Source: Pseudomonadota bacterium (lineage in GTDB: Bacteria > Campylobacterota > Campylobacteria > Campylobacterales > Sulfurimonadaceae). Taken from it: DNA of 64,000 nucleotides. Below are positions 1-9,282 of the stretch, piece after piece. The notes under the pieces are model-generated. The model was not told the DNA's origin and did no database searches. It was given only the letters and a program-made list of their open reading frames with translations. The translations under genes were made by a program, and so were the position numbers. Each line of letters begins with the position of its first letter. The first letter of the stretch is position 1. The stretch is taken from the NCBI GenBank assembly GCA_043797085.1, contig JAZDQA010000013.1, forward strand, positions 1-64,000, read 5' to 3'.

Positions 1-2
1 TT

Positions 3-263
3 CCACAAAAATATATTGATAAATTTTCCATCCTTCACAATAATTTCATAGGTGGGCAAGTCTTTGAAAATATTCATGGAAAAGACCAAACTACTTTCTG
101 GATAATGGGAGCTTTCATTGTTGTATTACTATTAAAAAATACTAATTCAATACTTAGTGAATTTAAACCAAACTGGTACTACTCTATCTTATTTTTAATT
201 TTTTCACTTACAGGCATTCTAAATTTGATACTTATTAGTGAATTTTTATATTTTAATTTTTAG
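3..263 (+). CDS. MBOAT (AlgI/DltB-like) O-acyltransferase, C-terminal fragment; gene starts upstream of the window
   Basis: Open frame from base 3 translates to a hydrophobic sequence ending ...LISEFLYFNF*, the typical AlgI-type MBOAT C-terminus; absent from the ORF track. Confidence 0.8.
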   Translation, partial: PQKYIDKFSILHNNFIGGQVFENIHGKDQTTFWIMGAFIVVLLLKNTNSILSEFKPNWYYSILFLIFSLTGILNLILISEFLYFNF

Positions 264-270
264 GTTGTAA

Positions 271-1308
271 ATGATGAAACAATGGATTAAAAAGTCTTTA
301 TTTTTATTGATTTTTATATTGATTTTTATTGGCTCTTTTAACTATATAATGGATCCGTTTTGGTGTTTTAATCAGCAGCATCACTTCAATCAATTTCAAA
401 AAGAATTCAATGAAAGACAACAAAAATCGTATAAAATTTACTTTTCCCAAGAAAACTACGATACCCTTTTAATAGGCAGCAGTCGTACCACTTATACAAA
501 TTACCATGATTTTGAGCCGAAACGCGTTTTTAATTATGCTGTTTCTGGCATATGGCCAAAAGAGTATGATATTTTTATAGACTTTGCTATTAATGATTTA
601 CATCAACCCATAAAAACTATTATCATAGGTGCTGATTTTAGTAGTTATTTGACGAATAAAGATTCCCACTATAGTCGTTCAAAAGAAATTATAAACAATA
701 CTAAATCGCCCATTTATCGCTGGAAAACGCTACTAAGCTATGATTCTTTAACAATTAGTGTCAGAAGTTTTAGAAACACTTTTACTTTGGCACCAAATGT
801 AGCCTATTACAATAGCGATAACATCAAAATACGCCCAAAAAATACACCTGATAAACTTAATGAAACACAATACAGTGTTTTAGAATATGCCAAGAGTGGA
901 CATCTCAGCCAACCAGATCCTGAATTTCATTCTATAATGCAAGATCTGAAAAAAAAATATTCCAATCAGCAGTTTATTCTCTATACGACACCCGTTTCTT
1001 TACCTTTAATGAAAACAATGATACAAGTTGGACATTATCCTTACTATGAAGATTGGCTCAGAGAGCTAGTTAGCATCTATGGCAGGGTATATCACTTTAT
1101 GTACATTAATCCTGTTACAATGAATTACTATGAAAATTTTTCCGATTCTAATCATCCTTATCCTGCAACCAATACCTTAATTGTAAAAAAATTAATGTCT
1201 AAAAACACTAACGATCTCAATACTACTTTTGGAATGATATTGACCGCTGATAATATTGATGATCAGTTAAAAAAATTAAAAATCTTAAACCATATTGATA
1301 ATAAGTGA
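271..1308 (+). CDS. Membrane-anchored SGNH-like acyltransferase partner of the MBOAT protein (AlgJ/DltD-like)
   Basis: N-terminal TM followed by N..DP, IGSSR serine motif, late DSNH (D-x-x-H); directly after the MBOAT gene. Confidence 0.6.
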   Translation: MMKQWIKKSLFLLIFILIFIGSFNYIMDPFWCFNQQHHFNQFQKEFNERQQKSYKIYFSQENYDTLLIGSSRTTYTNYHDFEPKRVFNYAVSGIWPKEYDIFIDFAINDLHQPIKTIIIGADFSSYLTNKDSHYSRSKEIINNTKSPIYRWKTLLSYDSLTISVRSFRNTFTLAPNVAYYNSDNIKIRPKNTPDKLNETQYSVLEYAKSGHLSQPDPEFHSIMQDLKKKYSNQQFILYTTPVSLPLMKTMIQVGHYPYYEDWLRELVSIYGRVYHFMYINPVTMNYYENFSDSNHPYPATNTLIVKKLMSKNTNDLNTTFGMILTADNIDDQLKKLKILNHIDNK

Positions 1309-1319
1309 TAATAAAATTT

Positions 1320-2405
1320 CTAACGCTCCCAAAAAAGCATTTGTTTTAAGACTTCAAACTGCTTGTAACTCTCAAACACGTCCATCACTTTTTGTTTTCC
1401 CGCCTTTGCGTATTTTTCTCGCGAACCGCTCTCTTTTTGCAACAATACCAATTTCATCGTCAAATCATCGCTATCAAACGTTTTAAACAATAATCCATTG
1501 ACTCCATCATCGATAATCTCTAACGGTCCGCCGCTGTCACTGGCGACGACACACACGCCGCACATCATCGCTTCGATCAGGACTAATCCGAACGTTTCGT
1601 TTTCCGTCGCCAGCACCATAACATCACACAGCTGCATCATCGTTTGCGCTTGCGTTGTGAAGCCTGTAAAAATTCCCACGTGACCGTAATCATTTTGAAG
1701 TTTTTGGAAATAGGATTCTTCCATTGCCGCTCCGATGACGAGTGCTTTTGCGTCAATTCCCCTGCCCTGTAGTTTTTTCACCGCTTCAAGGACGATATGT
1801 TGTCCTTTTTGAGGTTCGATCCGCCCGATTATCCCGACAGTAAATGATTCATTTAAAACCAGTTTTTCCCGATGAGCTTGCTTCTCTTCGTCTGTAATCA
1901 TAGTGGGTTGTTGGGCACCGATATAAAGGACTTCTGTTTTGGGACGGATTAACTCGGGGATAAATTTTTCGATCTGTTCTTTTACCTGTTGCGTCACAGC
2001 TAATATCATGTTCAAGTTACGATACAAAAATCGGTGATAAAAATCGTCTTTGAAACGGGTCATTCTCATGTGGCGTGATTGTACAACACTGGGTTTACGC
2101 TTAGATATTAGTTTAGCCATCACTGCAAGCGGCAAATCTTTCGTCCAATGCAAATGGAGAACGTCGATGGCTTCATCATCAATGATACGGGCAAGTTCTC
2201 TCGCACCAAGCCATGAGAGAAAAACATTGCGCCGTTTTAACGTCATATAGCGATAAGGGGTATCTTCATAATAACTTTTCAATTTCCCTTTTTCATTAAT
2301 GACGCTGATACACTCCTCGCCCAAATAATGAGAAGCGCGCATCATATACAGCTCTAATCCGCCCAGATCAGGAGAGAGGCACAGTTCACATATTTTAGTT
2401 GCCAC
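1320..2405 (-). CDS. Glycosyltransferase family 4
   Basis: GGLE N-terminus, GRIEPQKG, ETFGLVLIEAM (E-x7-E) motif. Confidence 0.9.
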   Translation of the reverse strand: MATKICELCLSPDLGGLELYMMRASHYLGEECISVINEKGKLKSYYEDTPYRYMTLKRRNVFLSWLGARELARIIDDEAIDVLHLHWTKDLPLAVMAKLISKRKPSVVQSRHMRMTRFKDDFYHRFLYRNLNMILAVTQQVKEQIEKFIPELIRPKTEVLYIGAQQPTMITDEEKQAHREKLVLNESFTVGIIGRIEPQKGQHIVLEAVKKLQGRGIDAKALVIGAAMEESYFQKLQNDYGHVGIFTGFTTQAQTMMQLCDVMVLATENETFGLVLIEAMMCGVCVVASDSGGPLEIIDDGVNGLLFKTFDSDDLTMKLVLLQKESGSREKYAKAGKQKVMDVFESYKQFEVLKQMLFWER

Positions 2406-3147
2406 GTTTTTGCTCCAAATTCATCTCATACAGTTTGATGTATTTATAAAAATTCGTCACCATGTGGGAAAAGGCGATAATGAGTCCTGCATATCCGTCT
2501 AAAAATCCCCGTTTGAGGATATAGGTTCGAAAAAATGAGTAAAGTCCGTTAAAAAATGCTTTGACAGGAGATGACGATTTTTTACCGACATTATCGGTTG
2601 CAAAAAGAGTTGAGTAGCGGTCGGCTTTTAAGATAAATTCTGTAATACTAGGATAAGGATAATGGCTGAAGCTGTTTGTGAGTTTTTCAATCTTCAACCC
2701 ATCGGTTAGGATATGCTCATGCACGTAATTTTCATTATAGCTAGTGGTTCTGCGATTATAAATACGAACGATTTCATCCGCTCCCCAGCAATGTGCGATT
2801 TCAGTCGTCTTGTAAAAATTTTTACGTAAAAGGGAATAAACGCTCTCAAGCTCCAATTCTAATCCCATAATCTCTTGAACAATAGCTTCATTTAAAATCT
2901 CATCCGCATCCAGTGAGAGTATCCAATCGTTTTTAGCAAAACCAGCCGCCGTATTTTTGGTCGGACCGAAACCTGTAAATTCCCCTTGAACGAGGTTGAC
3001 GTTAGGATACGATGACGCAATCGCTGCCGTGTCATCGGTTGAGCCGTTATCAAAAACTACAACGTCACTAAACGTACGCAAACTATCAAGGCATTTAGAA
3101 ATCGTTGCTACACCATTTTTTACAATTATAACAATCGAAATACGCAT
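2395..3147 (-). CDS. Glycosyltransferase family 2, LPS core beta-1,4-glucosyltransferase-like (WaaE/LgtF type)
   Basis: DNGSTD, LDADE and VHE motifs; start moved to MRISIV (ATG 3147, purine-rich RBS). Confidence 0.85.
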   Translation of the reverse strand: MRISIVIIVKNGVATISKCLDSLRTFSDVVVFDNGSTDDTAAIASSYPNVNLVQGEFTGFGPTKNTAAGFAKNDWILSLDADEILNEAIVQEIMGLELELESVYSLLRKNFYKTTEIAHCWGADEIVRIYNRRTTSYNENYVHEHILTDGLKIEKLTNSFSHYPYPSITEFILKADRYSTLFATDNVGKKSSSPVKAFFNGLYSFFRTYILKRGFLDGYAGLIIAFSHMVTNFYKYIKLYEMNLEQKRGN

Positions 3148-3222
3148 CTCTCGCCTTTCAGAATCAATCAACTCACTTTTGTGTATCATAACATACACGC
3201 TCTTAAGGACAATTTTTTACTT

Positions 3223-3990
3223 ATGACTATTCAATACGAATCTCAAGATCGCTATCAATTTTTAAAGCCCTCCTTTGAATCAATCCAAAAAATCTTTGCT
3301 ACTGATAATCACTCTATCCACAAAGCACGCAATGAGCTAAAAATTATTGAGATAGAGGGGATCAAAACGGTGGTTAAATCGTTTAAAGTCCCTCATCTGC
3401 TTAATCGTATCGTGTATACTTTTTTTCGAAAAAGCAAAGCTTTTAAATCGTACCATAATGCGCTTCGCTTGAAAGAGTTAAACATCTCTACACCCGAACC
3501 AATTGCTTTGATCGAATTTTTCGAATCGGGTCTTTTAGAAGAAAGTTATTTTATCTCAGAATTTTTCGACTACGATTTCACCATCCGTACACCCCTGCTC
3601 GAACCGCTCGAAGATCGAGAAGCCATTTTCACTGCTTTTGCTGCTTATACCTATGGTTTACATCAAAATGGAGTATGGCATCTCGACTATTCTCCCGGTA
3701 ATATTCTGATTAAACGAACAGAGAGTGGGTATCAATTTAGCATTGTTGACATCAATCGAATGGAATTTCGAGAAATCAACCCTCTGCAGGGTTGTGAAAA
3801 CTTTAATAAATTATGGGCAAGTGATAATGAACTGGAGATTATGGGACGGGAATATGCAAGGTTGAGCGGTTTTAATGTCGCAGTCACCATCGCCGAAATG
3901 AAACGGCATAATGATGCCAATAAGCGGGTCAAGAATTTCAAGAAAAAGCTTAAGAAAGTACTAAAAGGCGATTTTTCAACTCCTGTTTAA
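3223..3990 (+). CDS. Lipopolysaccharide kinase (Kdo/WaaP/InaA family)
   Basis: VVKSFK, HLDYSPGNIL and IVDINR kinase motifs; AAGGA RBS before ATG 3223. Confidence 0.85.
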   Translation: MTIQYESQDRYQFLKPSFESIQKIFATDNHSIHKARNELKIIEIEGIKTVVKSFKVPHLLNRIVYTFFRKSKAFKSYHNALRLKELNISTPEPIALIEFFESGLLEESYFISEFFDYDFTIRTPLLEPLEDREAIFTAFAAYTYGLHQNGVWHLDYSPGNILIKRTESGYQFSIVDINRMEFREINPLQGCENFNKLWASDNELEIMGREYARLSGFNVAVTIAEMKRHNDANKRVKNFKKKLKKVLKGDFSTPV

Positions 3991-4921
3991 CGCTCTCGAA
4001 CATCTCTGCGCGTCCTGCAGGATTTAGGGGAATCATGAAATGCTGTTGTTTCTTTTCCTCTCCGATACTTTTCCATCGTAATGCAGAGGCAAACCGTGAA
4101 TCTCCAAAAAAAGTAAATGTTTCACATCCTGCTGCACTTGCCAAATGATACGTCCCCGTCGAGGTGCTGACAAATAGCTTGAACCCACCAAGCAACGCTG
4201 CGAAATCAACCACACTTCCGCGAGAACGATAGAGGATAACTGGGCTTTCACCCAATAGCTCTTTGGCTTCTTCGTATAGTTTTTCTTCATCAGGACCAAA
4301 CGTCATTACAACATCAATATTTTCATCCTCTTGTGCAATCCATACCAACTCGATGTATTCACGAAGCGTCCAGTTGGCGTCCGATGAGCCTCCAAAACCG
4401 GGATGGAACGCGATGACGGGTTTAGTAATAGCATATTCTTTACAAAATGCTTTGAAAATATCCTCATTAAAATGCAAAAGAGGTTTTGGGAAATCGAGAT
4501 TTATATCTTTAAAAAGAGCTTTTGTGAGTTCGAGGTTGTATTCAAACTCTGCCATTTTTACTTCGCTGCGACGTTGCGTGATACGGCGATTGTAAAAAAT
4601 CTGAGCGATTTTGGTGGCAGGGGCGATTCGGATGGGAATACGGGCAATAAATTGAGCAAGTGCGACACGTGTATTCGAAAAAAGGGTGATTGAAGCATCG
4701 ATATGGGCGTGTTTCAGTTTCAATGCAAGTGCTAAAATATCTTCGCCACTATCAACAATCACCTCATCGATAAAATCACATGATTTGGCGAGTTTACGGT
4801 TTAGGGGAGCTACAAGTGCGATGATTCGGTTTTGCGGGTTATGGTGCTTAAGGACATACAGTGTTGGCAGTGCCGTGATAAAATCGCCTAGTTTGTCATT
4901 ACGCACTACCAATATATTCAT
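3950..4921 (-). CDS. Glycosyltransferase family 9 (heptosyltransferase-like)
   Basis: RNDKLGD, FHPGFGGS and STGTYHLA motifs; likely start MNILVV. Confidence 0.9.
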   Translation of the reverse strand: MNILVVRNDKLGDFITALPTLYVLKHHNPQNRIIALVAPLNRKLAKSCDFIDEVIVDSGEDILALALKLKHAHIDASITLFSNTRVALAQFIARIPIRIAPATKIAQIFYNRRITQRRSEVKMAEFEYNLELTKALFKDINLDFPKPLLHFNEDIFKAFCKEYAITKPVIAFHPGFGGSSDANWTLREYIELVWIAQEDENIDVVMTFGPDEEKLYEEAKELLGESPVILYRSRGSVVDFAALLGGFKLFVSTSTGTYHLASAAGCETFTFFGDSRFASALRWKSIGEEKKQQHFMIPLNPAGRAEMFESVKQELKNRLLVLS

Positions 4922-4960
4922 TATAAGCCTTTCAATTCTCAAAAACTTTTGTTTTTGAAG

Positions 4961-5021
4961 CTTTAGGGGGTTGTAGGGACAGATGTCCCTGCCACCGAAA
5001 CGGATGCATTCGTTTCGGTGT
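4961..5021 (+). repeat. GTAG-initiated double-hairpin REP-like element
   Basis: GTAGGGAC-agat-GTCCCTGC (4973-4992) abutting CACCGAAACGGA-tgca-TTCGTTTCGGTG (4993-5020); GC-rich patch in an AT-rich divergent intergenic region. Confidence 0.6.
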
Positions 5022-5063
5022 ATAGCATAAGTATATTTTACCCAATATCGCTATAATCTCACC

Positions 5064-6236
5064 ATGAAAGAACCATTTGCTTGGGATCACTATTCCGACC
5101 AGCCCGCCATCATCAAAGATAAAGCACTTAAACGTACCATGAGGCGCAGTGCTCTCCCCTCACTTATCAAAACATTTTTTATTGCATTGCTTACACTTCC
5201 TATTGCCTTAATACTTATGCCCTTCATGCCACGGCGTGCTATTTCCGGAGAGCATTTTTTCGGTGTGGGGGTGAATTTGGATAAAGAACCTAACACTACC
5301 CCTTATCTGGTCGATGAACTTGGGATCCAAAAACTCCTGATTCGTATTCCGCTGTGGGAGATGGATCGACTGGATGAATATGTTGCATTTATAAAGACAT
5401 TTAAAAATAAACATGTCACTGTCGCTTTACTGCAAGACCGTGAGCACATCACTTCCCCTACTCTGACGAAAGACCATTTCATCCAAATTTTTGAAGCACT
5501 CGAAGAGGTTTGTTCTACTTACATTATCGGTTCTACAATCAACCGTGCCAAATGGGGATTTTTTAGTGTCAACGAATACCTGACATTTTATGCCATCGCC
5601 TATGAACTCAAAAAAAAGCGATTTCCGAATCTAAAACTCATCGGCTCTAACGTCATCGATTTTGAGCTTCACTTCACCGCTCATACTCTTTTTAATTTTC
5701 AATCTGTTCATTTTGATGCACTTGGAAGTCTCCTCTATGTTGACAGACGCGGAGCTCCTGAAAATACCCAAATGGGATTTAATCTCATGAATAAGATCAA
5801 TCTCCTCTACTCCCTGCTGACTATAAGCCCAAAAACATCCAATGAGCTTATCATCACCGAAACCAACTGGCCGATCAAAAACACTGCCCCCTATGCTCCC
5901 ACCAGCGAGCATGAGTGTGTGAGTGAAGAGGATTATGCCGCGTTTATGGTGCGCTATTATCTCGAAGCCTTTGCCTCTCAAAAAGTAAGCTGTCTCTATT
6001 GGCATCAGCTCATTGCTCCAGGCTATGGACTAATCGATAACCGTGAAGGAATTCGTAAACGAAGTGCTTTTGATGCGTATAAAATCATGCTGTCTCACAT
6101 GAACGACGCACACTTTTTACGATTCCGCAAAAAAGCACAGAAGTATCTTCTCATCTGCTCTACCCCCAGAGGCAATTTGCATATTACATGGAACCTCAAC
6201 TCATTTCCCATTTATACCTATAAGGCTGTGTCGTGA
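5064..6236 (+). CDS. Clan GH-A-like TIM-barrel protein in the LPS core locus
   Basis: N-terminal TM, LLIRIPLW, LYVDRRGAPE, IITETNWP (nucleophile-like Glu), YWHQL, YGLID. Confidence 0.6.
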   Translation: MKEPFAWDHYSDQPAIIKDKALKRTMRRSALPSLIKTFFIALLTLPIALILMPFMPRRAISGEHFFGVGVNLDKEPNTTPYLVDELGIQKLLIRIPLWEMDRLDEYVAFIKTFKNKHVTVALLQDREHITSPTLTKDHFIQIFEALEEVCSTYIIGSTINRAKWGFFSVNEYLTFYAIAYELKKKRFPNLKLIGSNVIDFELHFTAHTLFNFQSVHFDALGSLLYVDRRGAPENTQMGFNLMNKINLLYSLLTISPKTSNELIITETNWPIKNTAPYAPTSEHECVSEEDYAAFMVRYYLEAFASQKVSCLYWHQLIAPGYGLIDNREGIRKRSAFDAYKIMLSHMNDAHFLRFRKKAQKYLLICSTPRGNLHITWNLNSFPIYTYKAVS

Positions 6237-7210
6237 AAATTCTCATCATTCTCCCCAACTGGCTGGGTGATGCCATCATGGCAACCCCTGCTATTGAAGC
6301 GCTCTGCATTATGTATCCCGATGCACAACTTACATTCGTAGGCTCGTATGTGAGCATCGAAGCGCTTAAACATCATCCGCAATGTGTCCGTTCTTATGTA
6401 GATGAGACGAAAAAAGAAGGCAATCGCTTTCTCAATACCTACCGCTTTGCAAAAGAGCTTGGGGTGCACGATATGGCAATCACGTTTCGAAATCAGCTCC
6501 ACTCTTCACTTTTGCTGCATTGGAGTGGTACACCCATCACCTCAGGACGAGCAAGCTGGCACTCTCGTTTTCTTTTAACGCATGCCATCAAACCTGTACA
6601 TCCAAGCCATCTTGTAGAGCAATACCGTGACATTGCCCAAAGTCTAAGTGAAAAACCACTCGAAATCGGACATCTAAAACTTCATATCAAACCTCACGTC
6701 TTTGAGCGGCCCACATTGGGGATTAATCCAGGAGCAACATATGGAAGTGCCAAACGGTGGTATCCTGAAAAATTTGCCGAAGTAGCCCGTGCCTTTAGTG
6801 ACTCCTATGAGATTGTTTTATTCGGAGGTCCCAATGAAGTGGAAATGGCAAATGACATTGAAGCACGTCTAAATGGGGTAAATGTTACGAATCTGGCAGG
6901 AAAGACATCGGTTCAAGAGCTGTGTGCGAGGATTGGGGGACTTGATTTGTTTGTCACCAATGACAGCGGTCCAATGCATGCAGCGGCTGCTTATCAAGTT
7001 CCTACGGTTGCGATTTTCGGTCCGACCCGCCATTTGGAAACATCTCAATGGATGAATGAAAAAAGTGTGATTGTCCGACATGATATGGAGTGTGCACCGT
7101 GCATGAAGCGAGAATGTCCGCTGGGACATCATGAGTGCATGAAGAGTATCACCGCTCAAGAAGTTATTGAGGCAACTAAAAAAATCTGCCTCGATAAAGG
7201 CAAGTTTTAG
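6233..7210 (+). CDS. waaF: LPS heptosyltransferase II
   Basis: PNWLGDAIM, NPGATYGSAKRW, NDSGPMH, C-x-P-C...C...H...CM motifs. Confidence 0.9.
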   Translation: MKILIILPNWLGDAIMATPAIEALCIMYPDAQLTFVGSYVSIEALKHHPQCVRSYVDETKKEGNRFLNTYRFAKELGVHDMAITFRNQLHSSLLLHWSGTPITSGRASWHSRFLLTHAIKPVHPSHLVEQYRDIAQSLSEKPLEIGHLKLHIKPHVFERPTLGINPGATYGSAKRWYPEKFAEVARAFSDSYEIVLFGGPNEVEMANDIEARLNGVNVTNLAGKTSVQELCARIGGLDLFVTNDSGPMHAAAAYQVPTVAIFGPTRHLETSQWMNEKSVIVRHDMECAPCMKRECPLGHHECMKSITAQEVIEATKKICLDKGKF

Positions 7211-7254
7211 TAGCCTAAGTATCTAGCGTAGCCAAAGGAATATGTCCCTTTGCT
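7184..7254 (-). repeat. Dispersed three-hairpin REP-like element, subtype 2 (copy A)
   Basis: Reverse complement reads ...CAAAGGGACATATTCCTTTGGC-TACGCT-agatacttaggctactaaaacttgcctttatcgaggcaga; overlaps the waaF stop. Confidence 0.85.
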
Positions 7255-7270
7255 ATTCACAATAAATAGT

Positions 7271-7855
7271 TTAAAACTCTAATCTAAATCCAAAATACCA
7301 CGAATCATTATAAGTGACATTAGCTGTTTTTAAATCGGTATCAACCTTTCGATACCCTATTTCAATGCGAGCGTTATCAATCGGTTCAGCATCGATATGG
7401 ATTCGTGTTTCCGTATAACTGTCACCGTCTTTAAACGTCAATGCCGAAGGAGCATAATACAATGCTCCGCCAACATATAATGGGAACGGTGCATTTAACG
7501 GAAGTTGTAATTCTGCTTCCATGCCCAACGGAATCGCTGCATAAATATTTCCATCGACTTTCGTATATTCACCCTTGATTCCAAGCCCAAACTTTAATCC
7601 CTGAACTCCCCGAACGTCTCTCATGACCATAAACGATACTTCCATAAGCGGATCTGGATTGCTGATCGTTTGGCTATTATTGTTATCTCCATTCAAAAAA
7701 CGAGCACCTAAATAGGTGTTTTCCATACTCCCCATTCGTCCCATGTCCAAACGGATTTGTCCTTCGACATCTTTATCGTTCACGTTCACTTCAATTTGAT
7801 GCGCTGCAAATACGCTTGTCCCCATCAAAGTCGTTAAAATAATCTTTTTTAGCAT
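7271..7855 (-). CDS. YfaZ-family outer membrane beta-barrel protein
   Basis: Signal peptide, YYAPSAL motif, IGYR, amphipathic strands, C-terminal Phe. Confidence 0.7.
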   Translation of the reverse strand: MLKKIILTTLMGTSVFAAHQIEVNVNDKDVEGQIRLDMGRMGSMENTYLGARFLNGDNNNSQTISNPDPLMEVSFMVMRDVRGVQGLKFGLGIKGEYTKVDGNIYAAIPLGMEAELQLPLNAPFPLYVGGALYYAPSALTFKDGDSYTETRIHIDAEPIDNARIEIGYRKVDTDLKTANVTYNDSWYFGFRLEF

Positions 7856-9282
7856 GTTAATCCTTCATTTATTCGTGCAATAGTTGCTGTTGTACTTTTT
7901 CCGTCAACAAACTGCACCAGTCTAAGCTCTCTAGCAAATTCCGCTCCAACTACCGATTTTCCCTCATAATCGCCACCTTTGACGAGAATATCCGGAGCAA
8001 TACTTTTAATCAATTCATACGGTGTTTCATCACTAAAGAGGACAACATAATCGACCGCTTCCAATGCACCTAAAATATAGGCACGATCTTCTTCGGTGTT
8101 CACGGGACGAGTCGGACCTTTGAGTACACGCACCGATGCATCCGTGTTGAGTCCAACGATTAGCACATCCCCATAACTTTTTGCCTCTTGAAGATATTTG
8201 ACATGTCCGACGTGGAGAATATCAAAACATCCGTTTGTAAAGACAATCCGTTTATTTTTAGCTTTAAGGCGTTGCACAATCTCAGCAATCTCACCGAAAG
8301 ATTTAAGATGTGCTCGCGAATCGCTTTGGTGAAGCGTTGCTTCGTATTCTTCAATCTCTTCGAGCGTTACGGTAGCCGAACCTATTTTACCCACGACCAC
8401 GGCGGCGGCACGATTGGAAAACTTCGCCGACTCATCGATACTCATCCCGCAACTCAGAGCAAAAGAAAGTGACGCAATAACCGTATCTCCAGCACCCGTC
8501 ACATCAAAAACCTCACGAGCCACTGTTGGAAAACGGCGCATTAAACCATCATCGATTGCAATACCATCTTCAGAGAGGGTAATCATCGAACACTCTAAAT
8601 CACACGTATCTTTGAGTTGTAACAATGCCGCACGTAATGACGATTCATTATTAATCGTAATTCCCGTAGCTTCTGATGCCTCTTTTTTATTGGGTGTGAG
8701 TAAATAGGCGCCACGGTATTTGGTATAATCTTTCCCTTTGGGATCGACAAGCACTTTTTTGCCCAACGTTCGTGCACTACGTATGATTCCCTGTGCGAGC
8801 GAATCAGTAATGACCCCTTTGCCATAATCGGAGAGAATTACCACATCACACTCACTCATCACCTGTGAAGCATACGCTATTACCGCTTGGGTTGACTCGT
8901 TAGAAATTGACTCTTTAGATTCACGGTCATAACGGAGAATTTGTTGATTGGAAGCCACAATACGACTTTTTTTAGAGGTTTTGCGATCCTTTTGAACGAC
9001 TAATCCTTCGCACGACACTCCTAGTTTTTCTAACATTGTTCGCAGCTCTTCACCACTTTCATCGTTTCCGATCACCCCTGCGACACAGACATTTGAACCC
9101 AAAGCCACAAGATTATTGATAACGTTCCCAGCACCGCCTAAAACCGTCGTTTCACGTGAAATATCAACCACTTGGACGGGCGCTTCAGGAGAGATACGCT
9201 CACATCCTCCCCACAGATAATGATCGATCATCAAATCACCGATCACTAAAATACGCGGATGAGACGCTCGAAGATGCATCAT
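7849..9282 (-). CDS. hldE: Bifunctional heptose 7-phosphate kinase / heptose 1-phosphate adenylyltransferase
   Basis: RISPEAPV, DVTGAGDT, FTNGCFDILHVGH, KGGDY. Confidence 0.97.
   Translation of the reverse strand: MMHLRASHPRILVIGDLMIDHYLWGGCERISPEAPVQVVDISRETTVLGGAGNVINNLVALGSNVCVAGVIGNDESGEELRTMLEKLGVSCEGLVVQKDRKTSKKSRIVASNQQILRYDRESKESISNESTQAVIAYASQVMSECDVVILSDYGKGVITDSLAQGIIRSARTLGKKVLVDPKGKDYTKYRGAYLLTPNKKEASEATGITINNESSLRAALLQLKDTCDLECSMITLSEDGIAIDDGLMRRFPTVAREVFDVTGAGDTVIASLSFALSCGMSIDESAKFSNRAAAVVVGKIGSATVTLEEIEEYEATLHQSDSRAHLKSFGEIAEIVQRLKAKNKRIVFTNGCFDILHVGHVKYLQEAKSYGDVLIVGLNTDASVRVLKGPTRPVNTEEDRAYILGALEAVDYVVLFSDETPYELIKSIAPDILVKGGDYEGKSVVGAEFARELRLVQFVDGKSTTATIARINEGLTC

Noticed and set aside
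1320..7210. Phase-variable poly-G/C tracts in glycosyltransferase genes
   Set aside because: I saw no G/C homopolymer of 8 or more here or in the 50-64 kb cluster, and all frames are intact (visual scan only).
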